Part shown: one piece after another, positions 36,480-49,459 of the stretch | Layout: each line of letters begins with the position of its first letter | Numbering within the stretch: position 1 is the first letter of the stretch | The notes under the pieces: model-generated | Seen by the model: the letters and a program-made list of their open reading frames with translations, nothing else | The model's database searches: none | Told to the model about the DNA's origin: nothing | Source: Octopus bimaculoides | Taxonomy: Eukaryota | Reading direction: 5' to 3' | Length of the DNA stretch: 64,000 nt | NCBI RefSeq assembly: GCF_001194135.2 | Contig: NC_068983.1 | Location: 112,275,906-112,339,905, forward strand | Program-made: the position numbers and the translations under genes

Positions 36480-36981
36480 TATCAATAAAAGTAAAATTCT
36501 GTCTGTCCTTCTGGAACCCCTGTATCTCAGTCTACATTTGTTCTACATAGACATATTATACCTTTTCAAAATCAGGATGATCCTGGGATTGAAAAATCTA
36601 CCCTTCATTTGGCTCTTGAACATCCAGCATTAGGATTTGATTTAAAAACATTTGAGTTACTACTTCTAGCAGGTAAAGCAACCACGAGAGGGTTCATACC
36701 ATAGTATTACTGAGATAGGTGAACAAGAGTTACCTCCCTTAGCCTAAAGTTTTACCAAGGAACTTAGGGGTTCTTTTATCGTTTTCAGTCATCAGAATGT
36801 GACCACACTGAGGCACCGCCTTGAAAAATATTAATCAAACAAATCAACACCAGTTCTTTTGTTTTTATGCCTGGTACTTTTTTTATTGGTCTCTTTTACT
36901 GGACTGCTAAGTTACATGAACATAAACAAACCAACACCAGCTATCAAGCAGTGGTAGGGGACAAACACAGACACAAAGCCA

Positions 36982-37016
<35 letters not shown>

Positions 37017-37647
37017 TTTTATAATGCTGAGTTTCTTAACTCTGGCTCCTTCCAGAATGCCTTTTCACAAACTGATATTGTAGAAAGGAGTTCCAATCAT
37101 GCTTTTGAGAAATATGGATTCCATAGAGCTGTGAAATGGAACAAGACTGATTGTCATGCAAATGCATCCACCTCTTTTGGAAGCGACAGTCCTCACTGAA
37201 CAAGGAAAGGGAGAAAATGTGTTTATTTCAAGAATTTCACTGATTCCAGCAGACATACCCATTGAATTTAAGAGACTTCAGTTTCTAGTAAGAGTTAGTT
37301 TTGCAATGCCAATTAGCAAGGACAATCACTCAACATTGTTGGACTTCACCTCATGCACCAGTGCTTTTCCCATGGTCAGGTCTATGTTGGTTGTCCGATA
37401 GTTGGAAATGACAACAATCTCTTGATACTCACACCAAATAGTAAAACTAAGAATATTGTTTATCCTGCTGCTTTACAGTGCTTTCCAAATGTCACAGTGA
37501 TACAAAATTCTCTAAATGATCTGTGATATAAATCTGAGACAGTAGGATACCAATAAATGCTTTATTATTATTTCTTTCTTTAGTTTTGAGCCACAGGCCC
37601 ATTTAAGCTTCTGCAGAAGTTTGCATGGTGTGTGGCTTTTAAGCTAG
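36480..37647 (+). mobile_element. Helitron relic with Pif1-type helicase C-terminus and CTAG terminus; contains a family B SINE tail (about 36780-36990, minus)
   Basis: GVPIMLLRNMD...NGTRLIV...EFKRLQFLVRVSFAMPISK/GQSL..VGL...CFSHGQVYVGC...KTKNIVYP; CTAG|T at 37644-37648; 5' and 3' non-coding parts shared with 43636-44038. The 5' end is approximate. Confidence 0.85.
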
Positions 37648-38511
37648 TATTATATAAATTTAAGCTATGTGTAGTGGTGCGAAATTATAGCTGCCATTGA
37701 GGAAGTACAATCTGCACATGCACAAGGGACTTCACCACCGGAAGCCCCTCGAGTGTGCATGCGTAGTAAAATTAGTACTTAAAGAGTTTGTTTCACTTTC
37801 TAAGCCAGTTGAGCGAGAGACCTTCGAAGTGACAACACCTCGTTCCTCAACGAAGCACTCTTCACCACGATGCCTTCGATATGATAGCTACTTGCTTCTC
37901 TGGCATGCATCAAAGAAGCTCTTAACCTTCCAATACCAATTACAACTTAATCAGCGGCTGCTAAGCTGAGTGACACAGGACTTATAAAACCAAGCATCAT
38001 CAAAAAATAAAACTTATTTTTATTATGTTGTTAATCGTTCTACTGTTCCTTAATATATAATGCTGATGAAAGGTGATAGAGAGACTAATGTCTCTATTGC
38101 AACTATCAACCTTTTACATATGTATTGTCATAAATGATTTATATAAAAACATATTCTTGATAAATAGTTATGATTTTAAATTTATTCCAGGCAAATGTTG
38201 CTTATTATAATTTTTTTTTTTTTTTTCTGAATTTGCAAAATATTTTTATTTAATTCATTCTTCTTGAAATAGTTGTTGTGAAAGTACGCCTAATTAAAGT
38301 TGATAGAGGTTGTGATGCTAGCATAACTATTAAAGTAAGAAAGTTTAGGGAGTTGCTTTTTCTGTTGCTAACGTAGAATATCTTTGTCCGTGGAAAACCA
38401 TATTGAGTATGAAGAGGATGCATTGTCATAAGAATACAGAACGACCTGTAGGAGCAGGAGAGAAATGAAATGTGTTTGAGCCACTGACTATGTTATGTTA
38501 ACATACAAAGA

Positions 38512-38896
38512 TGTGTTGTTGGCACTCCATCGCTTACAACAAGGGTTCCAGTTGATCCGATCAACAGAACAGCCTGCTCGTGAAATTAATGTACAAGTAG
38601 CTGAGCACTCCACAGACACGTGTACCCTTAACGTAGTTCTCGGGGGAGATACAGCGTGACACAGTGTTACAAGGCTGACCCTTTGAATTACAGGCACAAC
38701 AGAAACAGGAAGTAAGAGTGAGAGAAAGTTGTGGTGAAAGAGTACAGCAGGGTTCGCCACCAACCCCTGCCAGAGCCTTGTGGAGCATTAGGTGTTTTCG
38801 CTCAATAAACACTTACAACGCCAGGTCTGGGAATCAAAACTGTGATCCTATGACCGTGAGTCCACTGCCCTAACCACTGGGCCATTGTGCCTCCAC
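38512..38896 (-). mobile_element. SINE family A, full length
   Basis: Homologous to 2756-3141; TSD taacatacaaa at 38499-38509 and 38897-38907. Confidence 0.9.
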
Positions 38897-39107
38897 TAAC
38901 ATACAAAAAGACAGAGTAAAAGTGAACTGTGAGACTTGTAGGTATTTGTGTTTGTGTGCATGTGTGTTTACATTTTCAATATACTTCATTTGCAGTACAT
39001 ATATTGAAATGTTACATTTATGAATTCATGTATACTGCAGGTTTAATTAAACCAGTTCCCTGCAATCAAGCAGATACAAATAGGGGATGACTCAAATGCA
39101 TACTTAC

Positions 39108-39279
39108 CTTCCATTATTAAACTCTTTAAATTGATGATATATACTTTCAATATCTGGACGCATATCTGGATTTTCAGCCCAACATTGTTTCATTAGCTGA
39201 ATATAGTGTGGTGGAGCAGCTTGTGGTGAGACCGATGGCCGTATTAATGGTGGTGGTTTCTTTACTTTTTGTATTATTT
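39108..39279 (-). CDS. Receptor guanylyl cyclase, internal exon (end of kinase-homology domain)
   Basis: Acceptor cttttactcAG, donor GTAAGT; 172 nt, phase 1/2. [58 protein letters not shown] contains the CW-x-E-x-P-x-x-RP subdomain XI motif. Confidence 0.93.
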
Positions 39280-39769
39280 CTGAGTAAAAGAAGAAAGTAA
39301 AATATTTCATGTAATAATAAAATAATAGGAGTAGCAGTAGTAGTCAAAATCATAGTAAAATAAGAGAAGTAGTAGTAGTAATAATGAAGAGGATGGTGGT
39401 ATTAATGGTGTTGCTGGTGTTTGTGGTGGTGGTGGTAGTAGTAGTAATAACAGCAGCAGCAGTAGTATAGTGGTAGTAGTAGTAGGAGGAGGAGGAGGAG
39501 GAAGGAGGAGGTCTACAAAAGTATCTAGCTCAGAATCATGGAAATTTAATGCAAATAGCTACAAAACATGAACCAAAAGAAAAAAAAACGAATTATTTTC
39601 TATCTACATGGAAGACAACAAACATAAAACAGAGGCAGCAATAGCAGCAGGTACTTATGAAAAACATGTAGAAGTAATGAGATAAATCATGAAACAGATA
39701 CAATTTAGACTAAAATTCATCTACAGAATACCATGATAAAATAATGCAACGAAAATACCTTACATGGCT

Positions 39770-40108
39770 ATCATCATCATCGTCAATATTTAATGTTCAT
39801 TTTCCATGCTGGCATGGGCTGAACGGTTTGACAGGAGTTGGCTAGCCAGAGATCTAGGATCTAATTGTCTGTTTTGGCATGGTTTCTACAGCTAGATGCC
39901 CTTCTGGGTACTTTTTATGCGGCACAAGCATGAATGTTTTTTACATGCCATGAGTGTGGGTGTGTGGTAAGTAGCTTGCTTAACAACCACATAGTTCCAG
40001 GTTCAGTCCCACTGCGTGGCACCTTGGGAAAGTGTCTGCTACTATAACCTCGGGCCAACCAAAACCTTGTGAGTGGAATTGGTAGACGGAAACTGAAAGA
40101 AGCCTGTC

Positions 40109-40148
<40 letters not shown>

Positions 40149-40181
40149 NNNNNNNNNNNNNNNNNNNNNNNNNNNNNNNTC

Positions 40182-40221
<40 letters not shown>

Positions 40222-40580
40222 ATGTATGTGTGTGTGTGTATATGTTTGTGTGTCTGAGTTTGTCCCCCCAACATCGCTTGACAACCGATGCTGGTGTGTT
40301 TACGTCCCCGTAACTTAGCAGTTCGGCAAAAGAGACCAATAGAATAAGTACTAGGCTTACAAAGAATAAGTCCTGGGGTCAATTTGTTCGACTAAAGGTG
40401 GTGCTCTAGCATAAGTAAAAGAGTATGTGTGTTTTTAATGTGACACCAGCATGGGTGCCTTAACATGACACCAGCACAGGTATTTTTTACTTGGCATTAG
40501 CACACGTTTTTATATGACATCAGCAGGGCTCCTTTTTACATGGCACCAGCACTAATGTTTTTTATGTGACACCAGCACCT
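39770..40580 (-). mobile_element. RTE 3' UTR/tail split by a family B SINE
   Basis: (CAT)n tail at 39770, tail body to about 39949, hairpin-unit array resumes at 40425-40580. Confidence 0.65.
39950..40424 (+). mobile_element. SINE family B, full length (gap inside the TA tract)
   Basis: Homologous to 13955-14377. Confidence 0.88.
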
Positions 40581-40584
40581 GCAG

Positions 40585-41560
40585 GTTACCAATTATCTTG
40601 CCAATGCTGGAAAAAGCTAAACAAAGAATAAATAGACAAAGAAAATTCCCAACATTGGCTGAGAAGCACAGGACTCAAAGAAGAGACTGAGAGTTTCTTG
40701 ATTAAGGTAGAAGACTTAAATTCCCCATCATAGAAACCAAAAGCTTAGCATGCAGCAAAATACAGTAAGAATTTGCAGAATATGTGGAGATAGTGAAGAA
40801 ACATTTATCTGCAATATCTCTGACTGCCCAATCTTAGCTAAGAAAGAATACATCTAGATAAATGACCAAGTTATGACTTACATACGTAAGTGGTTTTATC
40901 AGGACTATGAAATACTAGGAAAAAAGCGATGTTATAGATATACACCCAGGGTTGTCTTAGAAGCATTATATGCTCTTGAGTAAATCAATGTACTGGACCC
41001 TATAGTATTTATTTGTTGACAGCAAGGCAAAGCATGTGTAGATCAGAATTAGGCCTCCTAGACTTGTGGCCCCTGAGCAACTGCCCAGATGACACTGCAT
41101 ACACCTGAAAAGGTCTCCATAAATCACAAAACAACCAGAGTCTGTAATATACCAATACACACGGACAAAAAAAGCAAGGGTAACTGACTAGAAATTTGTC
41201 AAAGACCATCAGAAAAAAAAATTGCCTCATTATTGGTATATAAATCCTAAAAGATGATAATGTGTTTTCAAAAAAGAGGAAGAAATTGTCTAAATATAAA
41301 GAAATAGTAATAGAGATAATCCAAGAGTGGTCACTCTGAAAATAGTTGCTTTGGAAATGATAGATACTATGTCGACAAATATATAACTTCAATACTGGGA
41401 TTTTAAAAAATAAGCATAACAAACTGAAAATAGCACTGCTAGACGCCATACACATATTTTGTAGGGTACTTTCAATACAGCAAAAATAGTAAAGCCAAAC
41501 AAAAACACCCCTTGTAATTACAGTTGTGCTCAGTGATGGCGCAGTGTGAGAATGCAATAA
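40585..41560 (+). mobile_element. Decayed R4/Dong-type LINE 3' region
   Basis: tggctgagaagcacaggactcaaagaagagactga matches 51705-51740; aaaatagcactgctag...tactttcaatacag matches 52336-52390. Confidence 0.65.
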
Positions 41561-41759
41561 AAAAAAGACGAATGAATGAGTGAATGAAGGATGATGATGA
41601 TGATGACGACGATGACGATGACGACAACAACAACAACAACGAGGATAAGAAGAGAAAAGCATAAACCATCTCTTGACTGAATGCTCTAAGCTAACTCTAA
41701 AAGAGAATAAACACAATCATGACCATGTTAGTAAAAGAGCACATTGTGAGTTTAGCCAA

Positions 41760-42180
41760 GTTTGTGGTTTCAAAGTGGAAGAAAAGTGATAGAAACATGA
41801 GCCAGAGGTTGTATGGTGAATGATAATTACAGGATATTTAGGTGATAAAAACTGACCATACTATTGAATCGAGGAAACCAAAGATGATTGTAGAAGACCG
41901 AAGAAATAAAAGAAAACAATGAAACAAACAGTGTGGAATCACAGATATCACAATACTTTACAACAGATGAGCAAATACTGAGAAAATTAAAGAATTTCAG
42001 GACCTAGACAGAGAGAGATGAAGAAATTGCAGAACACAAAGGTGAAAATTGTTCCTGTGGTAATTGGTGCACTCAGCACAGCTGTTGTACTATGAAGAAT
42101 ATTAAAATTAAGACACATATTGTCAGCCTGCAGACAAAGTGCCATCCTGTAATCTTCAAGAATCCTAAGAAAGATTCTTT
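41760..42180 (+). mobile_element. Decayed restriction-like-endonuclease LINE fragment (R4/Dong-like)
   Basis: IKTDHTIESRKPKMIVED...EKIKEFQDL...KVKIVPVVIGALST. Confidence 0.55.
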
Positions 42181-42967
42181 AGAAACTTACTGTCACCAAA
42201 AGCTATTACATGCTAATTAAATTTGGATGTAATGATGGTGATGGTGGTGGTGGTGGTGGTGGTGGTGACGATGATGATGACACCGACAAGGATGATGATG
42301 ATGATGATGAGACAGAAATCTCTACTATTATATTAAAAACACAACAATAAAATGTAAAAGGCACAACCCCTTACTATTTCTCATTATGATAAAATCCAAG
42401 TTATTATTCCTTTTGTTTTTGGAAAGACCTGCAGGCAAGACTTTAATTAAAAACCGTTTTTGTCTTAATCTCCATTCTACAAACTTGTCTGTTACAGTTT
42501 TGGAAAATATAAAGTTTTTTTCCCCACCTTTCTATGTTATTTTCATTAAGTTATTGTCTGTTTTCAAGCTAACACAGTTAGCTACTCCTAAGTTTTCTAG
42601 AAAATTGTATTAAAAAATATGAAGCTGTATAGCAGCATTTATTCTATAACTTTAAAATGAATATTTCATTTCCTAGACCTAATATTCTCTCTCCAGCAAA
42701 TAAATGTTACGATATTAACCATATTCCTCCTCATACTCATTGAAATAGTTTGAAAAGTAAAGATAAATGCTAATGATAAACTTCTGCAATTTAAATGAAA
42801 TATTCTCTCTTACATATTTCACTGATCATTTTATTTCAATACCTTTGGCAGTAACAACAAGGTATCTGATTTATATACTTCTAAGAAAGATTAAATGATA
42901 TATTCCCAATTCATTCAAATTAAGAATTAAAATACCTTTTGGCATGTGATGACTGTTCAGTATACCT

Positions 42968-43357
42968 GTTGTTGGTGTTAGCACTCCGTCGCCTACGACA
43001 TCGAGGGTTCCAGTTGATCCGATCAACGGAACAGCCTGCTCATGAAATTAACGTGCAAGTGGCTGAGCACTCCACAGACACGTGTACCCTTAACGTAGTT
43101 CTCGGGGATATTCAGCGTGACACAGTGTGACAAGGCTGACCCTTTGAATTACAGGCACAACAGAAACAGGAAGTAAGAGTGAGAGAAAGTTGTGGTGAAA
43201 GAGTACAGCAGGGTTCGCCACCATCCCCTGCCAGAGCCTCGTGGAGCTTTAGGTGTTTTCGCTCAATAAGCACTCACAACGCCAGGTCTGGGAACCGAAA
43301 CCACGATCCTATGACCACGAGTCCACTGCCCTAACCACTGGGCCATTGCGCCTCCAC
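42968..43357 (-). mobile_element. SINE family A, full length
   Basis: 11-bp TSD tcagtatacct at 42957-42967 and 43358-43368. Confidence 0.92.
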
Positions 43358-43635
43358 TCAGTATACCTAGATTATTAATAAAACACAACTGTAGCTAACT
43401 ATGAATTTCTTCACAAAGTGCTCTTGAATTTGGTCTAGTAAGGAAACCAAGGTCACTTAGAAGCTTTCCTTTTTCAAATATTTCATTGCATGTATTAATT
43501 TAAAGTTCTCAGTTGCATATGTAGTTTTAACACATATTGACTGAGAGAAATTTCTCAATAAGGAAGCTGTCTGTCTGAAATTTTTACAAACTGTTTAAGT
43601 AAACTATTATAGTAGTTAAATAGAATGAAACATCA

Positions 43636-44038
43636 TCTATAATAATGAACAGGTAATTTTGTCTGTCTGCCTGTCCAGGATCCCTGTATCTCAGTCTACA
43701 TTGGCTATACATACACATATTATAACTTTTTGGAATCAGGATGATCTCAGGATTGAAAATCTGCCCTTCGTTTAGTTCTTGAACACTCATCATTGGGATC
43801 AGGTATGGATGGGGATTTGTTATATGCTGACAGTTGAAAATTCAAATTTTAAAAGAACTCCAGAACTTTGTGAACTTACAAGTTTTTCATTTAAACTGAA
43901 TTTAAAGTAATACAATATTGGTAGGGTACCAACAAATGCTTTATTATTATTGTTCTTTTTAGTTTCGGGCTACAGGCTCAATTAGCCCTCCACAGGAGGT
44001 AGCTTTAAAGTCTGCATGGAGTGAGGTTTTCATGCTAG
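43636..44038 (+). mobile_element. Non-autonomous Helitron (complete termini)
   Basis: A|TC at 43635/43636 and CTAG|T at 44035-44039; homologous to both ends of 36480-37647 but lacking the helicase segment. Confidence 0.75.
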
Positions 44039-45361
44039 TGTCAAATATTATAGAGTATCAAAATGTGCAGAAAACATGGATATGGAATAATTATTATGTA
44101 GAGTCTGTGATCATAATGTTGCAGTTGATTTTAATAATCTATGATAGTTAAGTTTATCCTAGCATAGTATACCTAAGTAACCCTACTGGTACAATGTATG
44201 TGTATCTTACTTTCATTGATGTTACATAGCCAGTTGATTAAGATGTCATTGCTACTGGGTGGCATCTAGAACAAATGTCTTTTACTATAACCCCAGTATG
44301 ACTGAAACTTTATAAATGAAACTGGGTTGATAAAAACTGTGTGGGACCCCGTATGATTCAGGGTTAGCTTTGCTACATATTGTGTCACACTGTTTCAGCA
44401 TGAGAATTTCATTAAATAGAGATACACAAGTCTATGGAATATTCAATCACTTGCATATTAATGTAATGTGTAAGGAATTCAGTAGAGCACATGACTGAGT
44501 GCTTATCATTGAAACTGGCAGATGATCCATCATATTGCTTTCATTAAAAATTCAAATTGTGCAGCAGTAAATGCTGGATTACATACCATTAGATAATGAT
44601 CTAAATATTGAAGTGATTGAGTTATTACATAATTCCTCTTGAGTAAAATATGTTATATATGTGGAACTGACTTAATGAGAGATGTCATGCCTTCAATTTA
44701 TTTACACAGAGTGTATTTCACTGTAAAATGTTTTTATCAGTGTAGATGCCTAAATCTATAAAACATTTATGCTAACATTCCTCTGCAAAGCTCAAGCCTA
44801 GCTTACATCTGACTATTATTCCTTATCCATGAGATGGTACTGCTGTTACACACATGTCATATACTGCATTCATATTTATTTGAATTCAGTATAAGACATA
44901 ATATAAAGCAATCTGATTGACTTCTTCAACAGTGATTACTCAGAGCTAGTAAGCTTTAAATCCTCTCTACTCATTTGAACTATTTATCTCCCCTTCTTCT
45001 GTCTGACTGCATTTCACTTCAAGTTTATTCTCCACAAAATTCTGAATACTCTAAATATTTCTTCCTATACATGTTTTCCCTGAAAATATCACAAACGAGG
45101 TGTTTAAGTTAAATATCAACTGTATCAATTTTAATAGTCTCTGATGGTCTGCAAAGGTGATGAGTTCTTGTGGTCAGCCATCTGCTGTAGCAAAATTATG
45201 AGAAAGTAGGGGCCCAGGAATGAAATTTGTTTAGAGTGTGCAAACTTGGGTCCAAATTTTTTTATGAATGCACAGGTATAACTGTGTGGTAAAAAGTGGT
45301 GCTGCCTTGTGAGTGGATTTGGCAGGCAGAAAATGAAAGAAGCTCGTTGTATATATATGAT

Positions 45362-46112
45362 ACTCTATGAACTTTGCCCAGGCTATTCTTATTCTAGCAG
45401 CTACACTTTCAGCGCACCCTCCCCCACTACTAACTTGGTCACCTAGATAGCAGAAGCTATTAGCTACGTCTAGTTTTTCGCCCTGGAATGTGGCAGAAAT
45501 TGTTTTCTGCACATTTACAGTGTTTATTGCTCCTGAACATCTGCCACATACAAAAACTATCTTGCTAGTTAGCCTTCTTTGATATTGCTGCACCTCTTAT
45601 GTGTCCATAGCTTGCACTGGGTGCATCTTATAGAGCTTCTACCTATGCCTTTTCTACAGATTGAGCAGGGCCATCTACCTGAAGGGGTTTGTGTTTTGTC
45701 TACCTTCCTACTTACTAGGACTTTGGTTTTAGCTAGGTTGACTCTAAGGCCCTTCGATTCTAGTCCTTGCTTCCACACCTGAAACATCTCCTCTAGTTCT
45801 GATAGTAACTCAGCAATTAGTGCAAGGTCATCAGCATAGAGGAGCTCCCAGGGGTATCCTGTCTTGAATTCCTCTGTTATCACCTGGAGGACTATGATAA
45901 ATAGGAGGGGGCTGAGGACTGAACCTTGGTGGACCCCTACCTCTACCTGGAATTCTTCACTGTACTCGTTGCCAACCCTCACCTTACTGACAGTGTCTCT
46001 GTACATGGCTTGCACAGCTCTCACTAACCATTCTTCTATCCCTAGTTTCCTCAATGACCACCAGATAAGGGATTGGGGGACCCTGTCAAAGGTTTTCTCC
46101 ATGTCAATGAAA
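45362..46112 (-). mobile_element. RTE LINE RT fragment with embedded C4HC3 zinc finger
   Basis: DMEKTFDRVP...GVHQGSVLSPLLF...LLYADDLALI...KGLRVNLAKTK...CSIC..CTQC..H..C..CGRC...NSFCYLGD. Confidence 0.92.
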
Positions 46113-47454
46113 GCCAGGATCCTAATTTCACTTTCAATTGAGAAAAGTAAGCATTAATCTTAATATGTGCTAAAAGTTTTGCATAAGCCTTCCTTCATAG
46201 AATCGAATATATCTAGAATGCTATCACTTTCTATGTGTTTCTTTCAACGACAACAAATGTTTGTTGTGATTTGATCTAAAGATTAATTATAAATGTCACC
46301 TAAGTTCACATTTTTTTTTTTTTTGTGAAGATGTATAATAGAAGTGTTCTAGTACAGTTAAGAATTAACAAATATTTTCTGTGCAGCTCAAAATAGCTCT
46401 GAACATCTCATCTCACTGAGAAAATTTATCTGAAGTGTTTTCTTATCTCACAGCTTTTCCACTTCACTTTATTATGCTTTCATCCCCTCTGTAGTTATAT
46501 TACTATTTAGAGTTCACTGGAAATCACAGGAAGTTGTTGATGTCCAATTGATCTTCAAATAAATCACTTTTAAATTGATCCTATTATCCATTACATGTTT
46601 CTTCTCTGTAGGTGAAAAGTTGTCATTCTTGCTTGCTCATCCTGTGAATAACATTAGCCAACCCCCAAATAATTTCCCTAATCACTTTATTTAATCCTAT
46701 TGTGGTTATTTTTAATGTTGAAGCATTCCAAAAATATCAAACCTGCATTTTTATTTGTTGACAGGAATCATGTTTTTGTTATCAAACACATTTGAAACCT
46801 TTGTAAAACTGTGGTAAAGTGGTCTTTTACCAGTTTTGTATCTGTCTTTTGACAACAGTTGTCACTCTGACAGATATTGTTATATTCCGAAGTCGTCAAT
46901 AGAATGGTTCTATCTGGCACTGTACAACCCCTAGTCATAGTGTTATTATCCTCCAAAGGTTCGATCAGTATAATGTCCACTCAGTCTCACAGTATAATTA
47001 TTATATCAGCACAGACATGACTATCAACAGAGTTTACACATATACATGGCCTTCTCCCTGTTGACCAGCTACTGGTCTATTTATAATGGCTGGCTACTAC
47101 CACTTTTTACCGGAAGGGGTGTACAGTTTCACTATACAACAAAAATAAAAGTTCCTTCACTGCTCTATTAACCCCTTTGTATTAAGATTTCTCTTGAAAA
47201 ACACTGATTTTGTTTCAACTAATTTTTTAAATAATGAAGAATTTACTAAAAAAATACTTTGATATTATTAAGTCGGTGTTTTTAACATGAAATTTTGTAT
47301 GGAGTGTTTTCATTTAGATCAATTTAAAACGAAAAGCTTACATCGTAAGATCAGGGTTAGAATCAGGTGGGTTGGTATCAAAAGAGCTAATGTAGACTTT
47401 AGATTATAATTTTTTGATGCATTCTTGTTACAAATTTATGTCAGAACCAGTATT

Positions 47455-49382
47455 CTTTTCTTCTCTACACTAGGTACAAGGCCCAAATTTTTTTGGGACA
47501 GGGCCAGTCAATTAGATTGACCTCAGTATGCAACTGGTACTTAATTTATCGATGCCAAAAGGATGAAAAGCCAAGTTGACTTTGATGGAATTTGAACTCA
47601 GAACACAGAGACAGACGAAATACCAGTAAGCATTTCGCCCAGCATGCTAATGTTTCTGCCAACTTGCTGGCTTAATGTCAGAACCAATATTGGGAAGAAA
47701 CTGATGATTACTTTGGGAATAATTCTCATCAAACAGCTGCCACAGTTTGTACTTAAAAATGTATCTTCTGAAGATGACTCATGCAGAAGAATGATTTTTA
47801 AAGAACATTAATAACTTAATGTTTCCAAATTATGAGATTGATTTTTTCTAATATGGAGTTATTTGACAACCAATTTGTTTAATAAAATATAAGCATCATA
47901 TTGACAAAGTAACTATTGAGTTGGTAATTAAAAGGAACTTTGATTTAGGCACAAGGCCAGCAATTTTGAAGGAAAGGGTTACTTGATAACATCGACCCCA
48001 GTACTAAACTGGAAATTTACTTTATCAACCCCCAAAAGATGAAATGCAAAGTTAACCTTGGCAAGAATTGAACTCAGAATGTAAAGAGCCACAAAAAATA
48101 ATTTAAAGAATTTTTGTGATACTTTAATGTTTTATGTTGGTAATTAACAATGTAATAACGTAAGTATAATGACTTTGATTTAAGGTAATGATTGTTTGTA
48201 TTATATATTTTGTTCTAAGTTGTTTGAGATGGTTGACACTTTTTCATTTGTATTGTTTTCCTGTTCTAACAGGGAAAAAGTTTTTACAGATACAGGCTTG
48301 GAGAGGAGAAACAATAATAATGATAATAATCATTTCTACCATAGACACGAAGCCTAAAACTTTAGGAGGGGGCTAATCAATACATTCAACCCCAGTACAA
48401 AGCTAGTACTCTATTTTATCGATCTCAAAAGGATGAATGGCAAAGTTGGAATTTGAACTCAGAACATTAAGGTGGACGAAATGGCATTAAGCATTATGTC
48501 TAGCATACTAATGATCTTGCTAGCTTGCTGCCTCAACAACAACAATAATAATGAAAATGATTTCTAAGTCTGGTCACAGATGTGTTCAGTACATTTGATT
48601 AAATTAGGCTCAATACTTGAATAGTGCTAATCTAAACTGTCTGGGGAGATGAATGATGAATCTGCTACTGGTGAGATTTGGACATAGAACTGAAAAATGT
48701 ATCACTAAAACTCCTGCAAAACATTTTGCTTGTTACTCTATTGATTCTGCTAATCTATTACCTATTTCTTCCTAGTAAAGGCACAAGGACCTGATTCTTA
48801 TTTTATCAACCCCCAAGAAGATAAAAGGCAAAGTTTTAGGCAAAAGATAAAAGAGCCAGGAGAAACGCTGTCAAACATGTTGTCCAACTTACTAACATTT
48901 TGCCAGGTTGTTGCCTTAATAATAACAATCCTTTCTACTGTAGGCACAAAGCCTAACATTTTGGGGGAGGCAACTAGTCAATTACCTTTACCCCAGGGCT
49001 CAACTGATACTTATATCAATGACCCCAAAAGGATGAAAGGCACAGTCGACTTTGGCAGGATTTGAACTCAGAATGTAAAGACAGACGAAATGCCACTAAG
49101 CAATTTGCCCAGCATGCTGATGATTCTTATTTCTTTACTACACACAAGGGGATACACAGAGGGGACAAACAAGGACAAACGGATTAAGTCGATTATATCG
49201 AGCCCAGGGCATAACTGGTACTTATTTAATCGACCCCGGAAGGATGAAAGGCAAAGTCGACCTTGGCGGAATTTGAACTCAGAATGTAGCAGCAGACAAA
49301 ATACCGCTAAGCATTTCAACCAGCATGCTAACGATTCTGCCAGCTCATTGCATACAGATGATTCTGCCGGATCACTGCCTTC
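47455..49382 (-). mobile_element. Cluster of about six same-orientation SINE family F copies/fragments
   Basis: Copies near 47455-47674 (17-bp TSD atgtcagaacca[g/a]tatt at 47438-47454 and 47675-47691), 47945-48085, 48335-48535, 48775-48865, 48930-49115 and 49120-49382. Confidence 0.8.
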
Positions 49383-49402
49383 TTAATAATAATGATAATA
49401 AC

Positions 49403-49444
<42 letters not shown>

Positions 49445-49459
49445 GATAATAATAATAAC

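Noticed and set aside
38063-38115. CTGATGA followed by a long hairpin
   Set aside because: No GAAA after the stem and no stem I partner, so not a hammerhead.
46768-46980. Minus ORF with TRGC...CQSDNCC, reminiscent of Ly6/three-finger proteins
   Set aside because: Too few cysteines in the right spacing, upstream stop, no credible acceptor or signal peptide.
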